Positions 8,929 through 19,038 of a DNA stretch of 64,000 nt are shown piece by piece (position 1 is the first letter of the stretch; each line of letters begins with the position of its first letter). Source of the stretch: an uncultured delta proteobacterium (GTDB lineage: Bacteria; Desulfobacterota; BSN033; UBA1163). Location: the NCBI GenBank assembly GCA_963708295.1, contig CAVPSJ010000004.1, positions 128,001 to 192,000 of the forward strand, given 5' to 3'. The notes under the pieces were generated by a model. The model was not told the DNA's origin. It was given only the letters and a program-made list of their open reading frames with translations, and ran no database searches. A program made the position numbers and the translations under genes.

Positions 8929-9079
8929 CAGCTTGCTGAAAAAGTAATTTTTTGCGGGCTGGTCAAAAATGCCCGGATGCAAGGCACCCGAAATACTGAG
9001 GAGTGAGGCGTACTGGGATGTACGCTGCAACGACGAAGGGTGAGGGCAACGCCGCAGACGGGGATTTTTCAGCAGCCTG
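8929..9079. mobile_element. MITE copy B (simplest form) between convergent arsC and porB stop codons
   Basis: TTAA|CAGCTTGCTGAAAAA...TTTTTCAGCAGCCTG|CTAG. Confidence 0.75.
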
Positions 9080-9958
9080 CTAGGCCTCAGCCCTTCTCAA
9101 CAGCCTCGCCCAAGTTCTCTCTACGTTTTCTTGAATCACTTCCACTTCCGCGTCAGTCACGTGGCCGAAGCGGCCTTGAAGCTTCAGATAATCTTTCACG
9201 GGAACGACACGGGATTCTTCTTGAAGGGTATAGGATACCCCATTCTCAATTTCATAGAGAGGAAAGATCCTCGACCGAACGGCAAGCCTTGAAATTTTGA
9301 CCGTGAGTTCTGAAGGAATCTTCCAACCCGGAGGACAGGGAGAAAGAAGATGAATAAATCGGGTTCCCCGGATTCGCTTTGCCTTCTCCAATTTTCTTAA
9401 CAAGTCTTCCGGATAAGCAATCGTTGCCGTCGCGGCATAAGGAATCTGATGATCGGCCATGATCGCCATGATATCTTTTTTCGGGTTCTCTTTGGGCTTC
9501 GTCACCGGGGTGGTCGTCGTCCAGGCAAACCTGGGTGTCGCGGAGCTCCGCTGGGTACCCGTATTCATGTACCCTTCGTTGTCGTTGCAAATATAAATGA
9601 AATCCTCATTCCGCTCTGCAGCACCCGAGAGGGCCTGGAGGCCAATGTCGAAGGTTCCGCCGTCTCCGGCCCATACGGCGACGACAGCCTCATGGTCTCC
9701 CCGGATATCCAAGGCGGCCCTCACCCCCGAGGCGGTGGCTCCTCCCGTGACAAACCCCGCATGAACCACCGGAATCCGGAAACTGGAATAGGGCCAAAAT
9801 CCCGGAATGATCGACCAGCAGGAGGCAGGAAAGACCATCACCGTCTTCTCACCGAGGGCCTTCAGGGTGAGCCGCATGCTGACGGCTGCTCCGCATCCGG
9901 CACAGGCAAGATGGCCGTGGCCAAGATTCTCACTTGAAGGTATCTCTATTTTTCTCAT
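9080..9958 (-). CDS. porB: 2-oxoacid:acceptor oxidoreductase beta (TPP-binding) subunit
   Basis: ACAGCG, GDGGTFDIG, NEGYMNTGTQRS, SPCPPGW. Confidence 0.92.
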   Translation of the reverse strand: MRKIEIPSSENLGHGHLACAGCGAAVSMRLTLKALGEKTVMVFPASCWSIIPGFWPYSSFRIPVVHAGFVTGGATASGVRAALDIRGDHEAVVAVWAGDGGTFDIGLQALSGAAERNEDFIYICNDNEGYMNTGTQRSSATPRFAWTTTTPVTKPKENPKKDIMAIMADHQIPYAATATIAYPEDLLRKLEKAKRIRGTRFIHLLSPCPPGWKIPSELTVKISRLAVRSRIFPLYEIENGVSYTLQEESRVVPVKDYLKLQGRFGHVTDAEVEVIQENVERTWARLLRRAEA

Positions 9959-10000
9959 CGACCCTCCTAAAACCTTTTGCTACTTTTTGATTCTCCTCTT

Positions 10001-10130
10001 GAAAATTCGAAATCCTAATATCGAAGCTCGAAACAAATTCTAATCTCAAATTTTCAAAACAAGATGTTTCGAATTTTGTATTTTGATCATTTGAGATTGT
10101 TTCGAATTTCGCATTTCGTGCTTCGAGCTT
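10001..10130. repeat. Degenerate heptamer array forming an imperfect inverted repeat (AAATTCG/AAATCC ... TTTCGAATTT)
   Basis: Seen directly between porA and porB. Confidence 0.6.
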
Positions 10131-11283
10131 ATTTCTTCAGACCCAGCCAGAGAATCTCTTCTTCAGGTTGCGGGTGGTCCACTGTGTATTGGATCGCTTC
10201 TTCGATGAGCTCCGGAGTGATGTCCCTTCCCCCCAACCCTGAGATGAATCCAAAGACCTGGGGTCTCTTCTCTCTGGAGTATAAGGAGGCTCTCAATTCG
10301 TGGGCAAAGATGCCTCCCACTCCGGCCGAGAGATTTCTATCGATCACCGCCACCTTCTTTGCCGCTTTGATTTCCTCACAAATCTCTTGCGAGGGGAAGG
10401 GTCGAAACCTCTTGATCTTTAATCCGGCGACGCTGACTCCTCTCTCATTCATTTTCTGGATAACGATCCTTGAGGTGCTCGTCACGGTGCCAGAGGTCAT
10501 CAGAAGAACCTCGGCTTCTTCCTTTCCATACCTCTCGATGGCGCCGTAACCGCGTTGAAATCGGGATCTGAACTCATCGTTCACCTTTTTGGCGATCTCC
10601 GGAACCTGTTCCATTGCCTTCTGCAATTTGTACCGAAACTCCAAAAAAAAGTCCGGCGTGGCGATCATTGAGAAGGTCACGGGTTCCTGAGTATCGATTG
10701 CATATTCGGGACAATAGGGCAGCAGGAAGGAGTCCACCTCCTCCATGGTGGGAATCTCCACGGGCTCGGAGGTATGGGAGAGGACGTAAGCATCGAGGAC
10801 AACCATCACCGGAAGCTTGACCGATTCTGCAATTCGATAAGCCTGGAGGACGGTATCGAGGACTTCTTGATTATTTTCGCAATAGAGCTGAATCCATCCG
10901 GTATCGCGTTGAGAAAGGGAGTCACTCTGATCACTCCAGATATTCCACGGTGGGGCAATGGCTCGATTGACGTTCACGAGCACAATCGGAAGGCGAGCTC
11001 CGGAGGCCCAATGGAGCATCTCGTGCATATAGGCCAATCCATGAGAGGAAGTGGCCGTAAAGCATCTCACCCCTCCCGTGGAGGCTCCGATCAAAGCAGC
11101 CATGGCAGAATGCTCCGATTCTACTTTCAGGAATCGCGTGTTCAACCGGCCGTCCGCGATGAGTTCGGATAGCTCTTCAACGATCGTCGTCTGCGGGGTG
11201 ATGGGATAGGCGGAGATGACATCGACACGGCTCAAGATCACCCCGTAGGCCACCGCTTGATTCCCTGTGATGACCTTTCTCAT
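10129..11283 (-). CDS. porA: 2-oxoacid:acceptor oxidoreductase alpha subunit
   Basis: AYPITPQT, VESEHSA, ATSSHGL, GLGGRDI; ATGA overlap with upstream gene. Confidence 0.93.
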   Translation of the reverse strand: MRKVITGNQAVAYGVILSRVDVISAYPITPQTTIVEELSELIADGRLNTRFLKVESEHSAMAALIGASTGGVRCFTATSSHGLAYMHEMLHWASGARLPIVLVNVNRAIAPPWNIWSDQSDSLSQRDTGWIQLYCENNQEVLDTVLQAYRIAESVKLPVMVVLDAYVLSHTSEPVEIPTMEEVDSFLLPYCPEYAIDTQEPVTFSMIATPDFFLEFRYKLQKAMEQVPEIAKKVNDEFRSRFQRGYGAIERYGKEEAEVLLMTSGTVTSTSRIVIQKMNERGVSVAGLKIKRFRPFPSQEICEEIKAAKKVAVIDRNLSAGVGGIFAHELRASLYSREKRPQVFGFISGLGGRDITPELIEEAIQYTVDHPQPEEEILWLGLKK

Positions 11284-13025
11284 CTCGCCTCCTCTTTCAG
11301 AGAAATGGCCCCCCGGGGACATTCGGAAAAGCAAATCCCGCAGCCTTTACAAAAATCATAATCCACCTGATGGGAGAAAATTTCTTCTGTTTTCATGACG
11401 GACGCATCGGGGCAGAAGACATAACAGTTCTCACATCCGTTACAGGTCCCGCAGCTGAAACATCTCTCCGCCTCTCTCAATGCTTTGTCTTCTTCGAAGG
11501 CGGACGTTACCTCTTCAAACCCTTTGATTCTTTTCTTCGCCAGCTCCCTGTGTTCTTCATTTCTTTTTGAGGTTTGAAAGTAGTCTGTATTCAATTCTTC
11601 AAAAGTGACCACATGGGAATTCATCGGTCTCTCTTCAGGATGGAGATGTCTGAAGATCGAGAGTGATGGGCCTTCTCCTATCAGGATTTGGCGGATTGCT
11701 TCCTCCGAATCCTTTCCTTGCAGATAACAATTAATAGCCAAGGCCGCCTTTTTGCCCGAGCCGATGGCATGGGCTACTGTTCGCTGGGTTGAAGTAAGAT
11801 CTCCTCCTGCGAAGATTCCTTTTAAACCTGTGCTTCCATCTCTCTGTGTGAGAATGATCCCGTCCCTATTCTCTATTCCTTTTGGAAGAAAGGAGACCTC
11901 AATCTCCTCTCCGGCTGCAATGATCACGGTATCTACTTCGATCACAAAACTGGAATTGGGGATGGCAACCGGTCTTCTCCGACCACTCTCATCCTTCTCG
12001 CCCAGCTCCATCCGCAGACACTCCAATCGTTTCATGTCGTCCTTTTCTCGGATGCGAATGGGGTTGACCAGATATCTTATCTTGACTCCCTCTTCCATCG
12101 CCTCCACGATCTCATCCTCAAAAGCAGGCATCTCTTCCTTTGAGCGGCGGTAAAGAATGGTCGCCTTCTTTCCCATACGGAGCACCGATCGCGCCGCGTC
12201 AATGGCTGTATTTCCTCCACCGATGATTGCCACCTTATCGCCTAATTTTACTCTATTCCCGAAGTTGATTCTTTTCAGGAAATCAAGGCCACCCAAGGCA
12301 CTCTTTCCCTTCTCGCCTGGAATGTTCAGGCCTCTGCCCCGATAAGCTCCGGTGGCGATAAAGATGGCCTGATAATCCCTCAAGTCATTTCGCCCCAAAT
12401 TTTCTCCGAATGGAATGCCTGTTCGAATCTCGACACCTAATGCCTGAATCTCTGAAATTTCCCTATCCAAGACATCCTTCGGCAACCGGTAGGAGGGAAT
12501 TCCGATTCTCAACATGCCTCCTGCCGAGGGCGAAGATTCAAACACGGTGACTTCATAGTGAAGCTTTGCCAGGTGATAAGCGCAGCTCATCCCGGCAGGT
12601 CCGGATCCGATAATGGCGATCTTTCCCTTCCTCGCTCCCGGTGCCCCTACCGTTTTTTTATTCAGAGTTGAAGCATAATCCGAAACAAACCTCTCCAGCG
12701 CGTGGATGGCAATCGGCTCATCATAGACCCCGCGATTACATTTCGATTCGCAGGGGTGAAAGCAGACCCTGCCGCAAACTCCCGGGAAAGGATTTTCCTC
12801 CTTGATCAAACTCCAGGCCCTTTCAAAATCTCCCTCTGCTGTTCTCTGTATAAATGCGACGATATCATTCCCCACCGGGCAGGCTGCACTGCAGGGCGGT
12901 GTCTTGTCTTCATAAAAAGGACGTTGCGCCCTCCACGCTCCTGTCTTATTCCACTCCATGTTCCCGAACGAAACGGAGATCATCGGCATTTCAGAAGCGC
13001 CTTTGAAATTGAGCAGTTTGGACAT
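11280..13025 (-). CDS. PorD-like delta subunit fused with GltD-like FAD/NAD(P)H oxidoreductase
   Basis: N-terminal TGAWRAQRP, PCSAACP, CGRVCFHPCE, GSGPAG, GGGNTAID..YRRS, C-terminal 2x[4Fe-4S] CNGCENCYVFCP and CKGCGICFSECP. Confidence 0.88.
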   Translation of the reverse strand: MSKLLNFKGASEMPMISVSFGNMEWNKTGAWRAQRPFYEDKTPPCSAACPVGNDIVAFIQRTAEGDFERAWSLIKEENPFPGVCGRVCFHPCESKCNRGVYDEPIAIHALERFVSDYASTLNKKTVGAPGARKGKIAIIGSGPAGMSCAYHLAKLHYEVTVFESSPSAGGMLRIGIPSYRLPKDVLDREISEIQALGVEIRTGIPFGENLGRNDLRDYQAIFIATGAYRGRGLNIPGEKGKSALGGLDFLKRINFGNRVKLGDKVAIIGGGNTAIDAARSVLRMGKKATILYRRSKEEMPAFEDEIVEAMEEGVKIRYLVNPIRIREKDDMKRLECLRMELGEKDESGRRRPVAIPNSSFVIEVDTVIIAAGEEIEVSFLPKGIENRDGIILTQRDGSTGLKGIFAGGDLTSTQRTVAHAIGSGKKAALAINCYLQGKDSEEAIRQILIGEGPSLSIFRHLHPEERPMNSHVVTFEELNTDYFQTSKRNEEHRELAKKRIKGFEEVTSAFEEDKALREAERCFSCGTCNGCENCYVFCPDASVMKTEEIFSHQVDYDFCKGCGICFSECPRGAISLKEEAR

Positions 13026-13073
13026 CTTCTTCCTTTAACTATGAATGGAGTGCTATAGTATCTGTTATAAAAC

Positions 13074-13272
13074 TTGAAATCCGAATACCGAGATCGGATG
13101 TTGCTCAATCTGGGTATCTCAACAATTGAACCAAATATTTTCTAACTCATACGATTTTGAGTTTTGTCCTTTGCACATTTGAGTTTGTTTAGAGTTTAGG
13201 GTTTTGGCTTTAGGATTTAACATCTTTGTTTCGGGTCGATCCCTACGGGATGCTTCGCCCGTGCTTCGAATT
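13074..13272. repeat. Degenerate heptamer array (AAATCCG... / TTTAGAG TTTAGGG...)
   Basis: Seen directly between the gamma and delta-fusion genes. Confidence 0.5.
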
Positions 13273-13820
13273 TAGAGTTTGACTTCATTATAGGCTTCTC
13301 TCGCAGCCTTTACGTTCTCGTCCCTCTTTCCCGGAACCTCTTCACGAATGGCCAATGCGATGGAATCGATTCCCACGAGGCCCGTCGCCTTTGAAAAGGC
13401 TCCTAAAATTGCCGTACTGACGATTGGATTCGTTCGTGAACCTAAGCCATTCTGGATGGCAATCGAGGTGGCGTCGACGGTAGCCGTTCGAAAGCTTTTC
13501 AGATCGCTAAACACCCCAGGAGGTTGGTGGGAATTGATGAGGATCCATCCCTCCTGCTTCAGCCCCGCCGTCACATCGATTGCTCCAATCAGGGTTGGAT
13601 CAAGAACAACAATATGATCGGGTTGATAAATATTGACCCTTAAATTGATGGGCTGCCGATCCACTCTCAGGAAGGCCATGACAGGTGCCCCTCGCCTTTC
13701 AACTCCAAACGCGGGGAAGGACTGGACATAGAGGCTTTCATGGAAAAAGGCGACGGCAAGCACTTTGGATGCCACCACAGCTCCCTGACCACCTCTTCCA
13801 TGAAATCGAATCTCAATCAT
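13272..13820 (-). CDS. porC: 2-oxoacid:acceptor oxidoreductase gamma subunit
   Basis: [24 protein letters not shown]. Confidence 0.93.
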
Positions 13821-13832
13821 CGGTCGCAGCCA

Positions 13833-13930
13833 AATGGAGGATTGGATTATTGGAGTAATGGAATGTTAGATTTGCTAATTCAAATCATGATCTTTCTTAC
13901 TCAATACTCCAGTACTCCATTACTCCATTG
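13833..13930. repeat. Octamer inverted array TGGAGTAA.../...TACTCCA
   Basis: tggattat tggagtaa tggaatgt versus caatactc cagtactc cattactc ca. Confidence 0.6.
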
Positions 13931-13959
13931 ATTACTATTTTAACCTGGATTTTGATTCA

Positions 13960-14598
13960 TCAAAAGTCAACTCTCTGCCTCTGCTCTCTCAACGGTTTTA
14001 GATGGCAGGTTTCATTCAATAGCGATAGAATATATTTTCCATCTCTGTGTTGAATAAGGTTGATGGCCGTCGTATCTTGAGTGATCTGCCAGAAATGGGA
14101 GTTGTCTAAGCCCAAAATGCCGCAGATCAGTACTTTGTTGACCACACGGTGCGTAACGAGGACAAGGGTCTTCCCGGGATGGTTTCGGATCACCTGTTCC
14201 ACTGCAGCCATCGCCCTCATTCTGACATCATCCAAACTTTCGCCGCCCGGAAGCCTTACCAGATGGGGCGTTTCCACCCATTGGCGATAGGTCTTATTGT
14301 CACTCTCCCGAATCTCTTGATGCGGACGTCCCTCCCAATTTCCAAAACTCATATCGAGTATTCCTTGGAGTGGCTGAACCTTTAGATTGTGAAGTTCCGC
14401 AACCTTCTCGGCGGTCTGCCACGCCCTGGATAAGGAGCTTGAGAAAACCCCGTGGACCTCCATCCCCTTGAAAAATTGCCCTACCAGCTCTGCTTGCTTC
14501 AGGCCGGTTTCATCAAGGGGAATATCCGTTCTCCCCCGAAAGATCTCTTCTTTGTTCCACGCGGTTTGTCCATGACGGACAAGGTAGATAGAAGTCAT
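13960..14598 (-). CDS. Histidine phosphatase (PGAM/CobC family)
   Basis: LVRHGQTAWN, SSLSRA, FGNWEG, PGGES, LVTH. Confidence 0.93.
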   Translation of the reverse strand: MTSIYLVRHGQTAWNKEEIFRGRTDIPLDETGLKQAELVGQFFKGMEVHGVFSSSLSRAWQTAEKVAELHNLKVQPLQGILDMSFGNWEGRPHQEIRESDNKTYRQWVETPHLVRLPGGESLDDVRMRAMAAVEQVIRNHPGKTLVLVTHRVVNKVLICGILGLDNSHFWQITQDTTAINLIQHRDGKYILSLLNETCHLKPLREQRQRVDF

Positions 14599-14774
14599 AC
14601 GGCCACATTATCACCCATATGGAACAAATTCTCAAAGAAAAGTTTTTAGTAAAATTTTTCAAAATTCTTCATGACACTACTGGAAGGCAAAGATAGATAA
14701 TGAGTATTTCCTGTAATAGAGTCCTAGCGTGTTTCGTTTTTAATACGATATTTCACATCGAAAGTAACACGCTT

Positions 14775-15629
14775 TCAAATTGGAAGTACCCTCTCTTCTC
14801 CCACCTCCATCGCGTTTAAAATATTTTCTGTTGAACGTATGATTTCTTTCTTGAGATCCTTTTGCGATTGAATAGGAAAAAGCAAGCATTTCATTTTTAG
14901 AAATTCACTGCTGTCCGAGAGGCGTCTCAGTACCCTCTGGACTTCTGAAGGAGATATTTCCCTTAAGTGGGTTAAAGCCCCACGGAACTCTTCTTTCGTA
15001 TATCGCTCGACGATATCGTACTCTCGCAATCGCATGCGGGATTGGAGGTCATCCATCAATGTGACCTCTCCTGACAAGGCAAAGAGGGAAATGCTTCGCA
15101 TTCCACTCTGAATTAAGTCTCGTCTCCGCTCAAATCCCAATCCAAATGTGGTTTTATAGTCCAGCTCGCTTAGCGTCTCTAGATTTCTTAAAAGGACAAT
15201 CTGATTTCCCGCAGATTGAAACCAAGGGAAAGGGATACGTGGATGGGACACTTCGAAATGTTCTCCCCCATCTTTTAGCTTGTGTTTTGCTTCTATCTCC
15301 TGCAATGTATATTCGAATGTCAGGTAGAGATTCTTAGACAAGAATCCAATTTCCATGATTTCTCTATCGCGCTGATAGTCTCGGCGATAATACTGCCTGT
15401 ATTTTCCTTCGAGGAGTTGCTTGGCTCCGCTGATCTTTGTGAGCAGATCCTGAATTTTTTTATAGGTTTGGCGGGTCTCGGTAATGATATCTACTGGAAC
15501 ATTCCTCTCTGCGGTAATCATCAAGCATAGCCCCTGAAATTGGTCCATCGTCTCTCTAAGGTCGAAATGGGTATTCTCCATGATTCGTTCTAAGCCTGCC
15601 GCAATTCCTTGAAAACTTCCTCGCTCCAT
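14775..15629 (-). CDS. Hypothetical protein
   Basis: 284-aa ORF with GGAGG RBS and upstream sigma54-like promoter; no motif recognised. Confidence 0.65.
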   Translation of the reverse strand: MERGSFQGIAAGLERIMENTHFDLRETMDQFQGLCLMITAERNVPVDIITETRQTYKKIQDLLTKISGAKQLLEGKYRQYYRRDYQRDREIMEIGFLSKNLYLTFEYTLQEIEAKHKLKDGGEHFEVSHPRIPFPWFQSAGNQIVLLRNLETLSELDYKTTFGLGFERRRDLIQSGMRSISLFALSGEVTLMDDLQSRMRLREYDIVERYTKEEFRGALTHLREISPSEVQRVLRRLSDSSEFLKMKCLLFPIQSQKDLKKEIIRSTENILNAMEVGEERVLPI

Positions 15630-15728
15630 AATCTACCTCCAACTTGGTCTGCTCAGATACACCCGCCACAGCGGGCCCCACCGATTACTCGCCGTTTGGT
15701 TTTGTTCGGACCCTTTTCTTCTATATTG

Positions 15729-15745
15729 AGCAAGAATGATGCCAG
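15729..15745 (-). promoter_or_regulatory. Sigma54 (-24/-12) promoter
   Basis: CTGGCATCATTCTTGCT: GG-N10-GC, fits TGGCAC-N5-TTGCW. Confidence 0.7.
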
Positions 15746-16030
15746 GTAGTCAAGAACATCTATAACCAGTTGAAAGTTAATATATCTTTAAGAATCATTT
15801 CTGAATCGGGAGACTTGTTTGCATAACAAAATTGGTAATTCCTTTCCTTAAGGATTGTTAGAGAACTGGGTACGGTTGATACAAACGGCCAGATACTTGG
15901 GGGAATTTGCCATTGCTTAATTCTATTTTCCATTTGATAGTCAAAAAAGGTCATCATTCATCAGTCGCTTTAAGATTCCATGTTTTCTAAAAACCAATAA
16001 ACATTAATGTGTTGCATGAATTCATTGCTC

Positions 16031-16047
16031 TTGGCATTGAAATTGCT
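16031..16047 (+). promoter_or_regulatory. Sigma54 (-24/-12) promoter
   Basis: TTGGCATTGAAATTGCT: GG-N10-GC, about 40 nt upstream of the riboswitch. Confidence 0.75.
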
Positions 16048-16082
16048 CTATCTCAGATTAAAGAAAAAACTTTAAACCATAG

Positions 16083-16160
16083 TTAACGATAAAGCCAAAC
16101 CACGAGCAATCGTGGGACGGAAAGCCACGGGTCCCCTGGGGATAGCCGGGTTGCCTAGAT
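16083..16160 (+). ncRNA. c-di-GMP-I (GEMM) riboswitch aptamer
   Basis: AAAGCCAAACCACGA-GCAA-TCGTGGGACGGAAAGCCACGGGTCCC...GATAGCCGGGTTGCC matches the GEMM-I P2 GNRA loop, J2/3 GAAAGCC and P3 consensus. Confidence 0.9.
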
Positions 16161-16172
16161 AAGGTCAAAGCG

Positions 16173-16219
16173 ACCGGATTACCGTGGCTTCATCAAAGCG
16201 GTAATCCGGTTTTTATTTT
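16173..16219 (+). terminator. Intrinsic terminator (riboswitch expression platform)
   Basis: ACCGGATTACCG...CGGTAATCCGGT stem followed by TTTTATTTT. Confidence 0.85.
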
Positions 16220-16288
16220 AAGGGATATTCCTTATGAGTGATGATCTAAATGAAAAATTGGTTTCCATATTAGGAAAGGAGGCACAGC

Positions 16289-16585
16289 ATGTTGACTGAG
16301 ATCGATCTGATGCAGTGGATAGAACATTTTGGCCGGTGGAACGTACAAGAACTCGTAGCTCAAAGGCAAGACATGTGGGATGTGATCACTTATCTCAGGG
16401 CGGAGAGGAGCCTTGAATTGGCCAAGGGCATGGCATTTGTGACCTCAGACTCGGTTCGTTTCGAAAGGGAAGAAGCTTTCAAGCCTGTCGCTAAGAGGTC
16501 TGAATTATGTGCAGAAGACCGATTGAAACACAAATCTGGTGATAGAAAGCGGGAGGCCGGAAGAGATAGTGGAAGGATCACTTAA
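16289..16585 (+). CDS. Hypothetical protein (may be the frameshifted N-terminus of the PilZ gene)
   Basis: AGGAGG RBS; overlaps the PilZ ORF. Confidence 0.5.
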   Translation: MLTEIDLMQWIEHFGRWNVQELVAQRQDMWDVITYLRAERSLELAKGMAFVTSDSVRFEREEAFKPVAKRSELCAEDRLKHKSGDRKREAGRDSGRIT

Positions 16586-16984
16586 CAACAGAGAGAAAAG
16601 AAGATATCCCCGGATGCTTATTAATTTGCCCCTTGAATATCAGGATATGGGTGACTCCTGTTTACGCGGAGCAATGGTTGTCAATGCAGGCGACGGAGGT
16701 TTTCTTATCGAGTCCACCAGAAACATCCCTGTGGGTACGAGATTAAAAGTCACTCTCCTGTTCTCAAAGGGGTTTGAATTGGATGACTTCAAAGCGGTGG
16801 CCCAGGTTGTACGGAAGGAGCGTTATCGTAAGGAAGACTCGGAAGGAAACCGGTCTGGGAGGGATATCAGTATGGGTTGGAATTTATTCAGGTTTTAGAG
16901 GAGGATCGTTGGAAACTGAACTACCTTCTTGGTGGACGATTTGAATCCGAGGAGCTTCTCACAAATCTATTTTCTCAACTTTAG
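16539..16984 (+). CDS. PilZ-domain protein (apparent frameshift near 16855)
   Basis: EKRRYPR (RxxxR) and NAGDGG motif; C-terminal YQYGLEFIQVLEEDRWKL continues in a shifted frame. Confidence 0.8.
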
Positions 16985-17023
16985 ATGAAGAGGCTTAGAT
17001 GAATCAACTCCTTCAAACAAAGA

Positions 17024-17976
17024 TTGAAAGGTCTCCTGAAGAAAGTCCCGGCGCAAATTGGGTGCTCCATAAACAAGCAGGAACCCACAACCGATTCGTT
17101 CCTTGAATTAATCGTGGATTATCTGTCGAAGCTACCTCCATCCGTTTTGATATCCGTTGGATCTGTAATGGTACTCTTGGTGGGAATCCTTAACCACATG
17201 GCAGGTCCTGAGATTTCTACTACCATATTCTATCTGATCCCCATCGTACTGGTTACCTGGTTTACGAGGAGATCGATTGGATTCATCTTCTCAATCCTCA
17301 GTGCTCTCACGTGGCTGATCGCTGATCTCACATCGGGGACTACTCACCTCAATTCAGACATCCCTTATTGGAACGGCGTTGCACGGTTGGGTTCTTTTTT
17401 TATCCTCACTTTCATTCTCTCGACGTTGAAAAACACCTTAAGCAAGAAAAGGAATATTCCAGAACCGATTTTTTGACCGGCACTCGAAACCGAAGGTACT
17501 TTATCGAACTTCTCAATATGGAGATCAACAGAGCCCGCAGGTATGATCGCCCTTTCACGGTGGTTTGCATTGACCTGGACAATTTCAAGACGGTGAATGA
17601 TTGCTTTGGGCACAGCACCGGAGATATGATCCTGCGTTCAGTCGCACGTACCCTGCAGGAAAACATCCGGGTCACAGATACGTTGGCACGGCTGGGGGGT
17701 GATGAATTTGCCATCCTGTTGCCGGAGACCGGACGGAGCGTGGCGGAAACGATCTTGCGCAAAGTTCGGAAGATCAATCTGGACATCATGCGGAGGCATG
17801 GGTGGCCTGTCACATTGAGCATCGGCGTCGTGACCTTCGCCCGTCCACCTTCCACGGTTGACGAGACGCTACGGAAAGCTGATCAACTCATGTACGCTGC
17901 CAAAAACAGTGGCAAGAACAGCATTCGCTATGAAATTTGTGGAGTGAAGGATTGGCCGGCAATGCCAGCAGCTTAA
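17024..17976 (+). CDS. Membrane-anchored diguanylate cyclase (frameshift near 17440)
   Basis: N-terminal TM helices; TDFLTG..NRR, DLDNFKTVNDCFGHSTGD, RVTD I-site, RLGGDEF, ADQLMYAAK. Confidence 0.88.
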
Positions 17977-18039
17977 CGGTCTTTTCATTGCGTGCTTAGC
18001 CTTAAGGCATTAGAAAAAATCGAAAGGAGTATTCGGTAT

Positions 18040-18262
18040 ATGATCGTTTATAAATTCTATTTGCGTGATCGCAATAAAGGGCGACATATTTCTTGGCGCA
18101 TTACCGGAGAGGAGAAAAAATCCACAAAGGATTACTGATGAATTCATTATTAACTGGGGAAGAACATACTTTGGTAAGTATGCCGAGGGTAAGGATATCT
18201 ATTTCATCAAAACTGTTTTGGAGGAAAGCGAGAAACGACACCCAAACCTCTCTTCACCATAA
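18040..18262 (+). CDS. Small hypothetical protein (one indel near 18080)
   Basis: AAGGAG RBS; MIVYKFYLRD.../FLGALPERRKNPQRIT..IINWG. Confidence 0.55.
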
Positions 18263-18314
18263 GATGGCTCAGGGAGAAGATACCAGTAAAAGTAAGCTAA
18301 AAGCAGTGACAATT

Positions 18315-18515
18315 ATGCCAGAAAAGTGTGAATTTCTTGATACGTGTGGATTCTTTCTAAATTTCAGAGGAAATTCGGAGATCGTCGAGCGAGGTTGGAT
18401 CAGGTTGTTCTGCACAAGCCAAGAGAGGTCAGAAAACTGCGAGAGAAAGAAAATAAGAAAACAAACGGGCGAACCACCTCCAGATAATATGACACCAACG
18501 GGCATAATCTTGTGA
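18315..18515 (+). CDS. Small Cys-rich hypothetical protein
   Basis: MPEKCEFLDTCGFF...FC.......NCERK...PPDNMTPTG. Confidence 0.6.
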   Translation: MPEKCEFLDTCGFFLNFRGNSEIVERGWIRLFCTSQERSENCERKKIRKQTGEPPPDNMTPTGIIL

Positions 18516-18594
18516 TGCGTGGACGATTTTCTGGGAGAGTGTAAACAGGTGAAATACTAGTGATAGCAAAGTAATTTTTGGAAGCGCAAAAACA

Positions 18595-18942
18595 ATGAAC
18601 ATGATTGAAGAAATAAAGAGAGCTCTGTGGATAGAAATCAGACTCAACTCGAGAGGATTGGAGTATCTTGAAGGAGTCATTAACAAAAAGGATCTTGAAT
18701 TGCTTCATTCTTTATTAAAAAAATATTTAGGCCCAGCAGTTAAGGAATCCGGAAAAGAAGCCTATCTGCCGAAAGAAATTCAGAAAATAGTTGATGCCTT
18801 CGGTGGTTTGCGAAATGACCAATCCTTTTTCTATAGGCAAGAGGATAACATAGTTATATACGCTTCTACTTGGCCCTGGACGTCCAACCCTGACAAGATA
18901 ACGTTAAAGTGTGGTGTAAGAAAATTTGTCTTATCGGGCTAA
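18595..18942 (+). CDS. Hypothetical protein
   Basis: 115-aa ORF co-oriented with neighbours. Confidence 0.6.
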   Translation: MNMIEEIKRALWIEIRLNSRGLEYLEGVINKKDLELLHSLLKKYLGPAVKESGKEAYLPKEIQKIVDAFGGLRNDQSFFYRQEDNIVIYASTWPWTSNPDKITLKCGVRKFVLSG

Positions 18943-19038
18943 CGATCTCTTTGGGGATGGTTCTATCTTAAGTGGACGAGTTGAATTTGAGAAGATTCTC
19001 CCAAGCCTATTTTGGCAACTTCAGGGATTTAGGCGGAG

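Noticed and set aside
16083-17976. 3',3'-cGAMP (GEMM-Ib/Hypr GGDEF) system
   Set aside because: The aptamer has G at the position-20 equivalent and the cyclase keeps the canonical Asp; dual specificity cannot be excluded without assay
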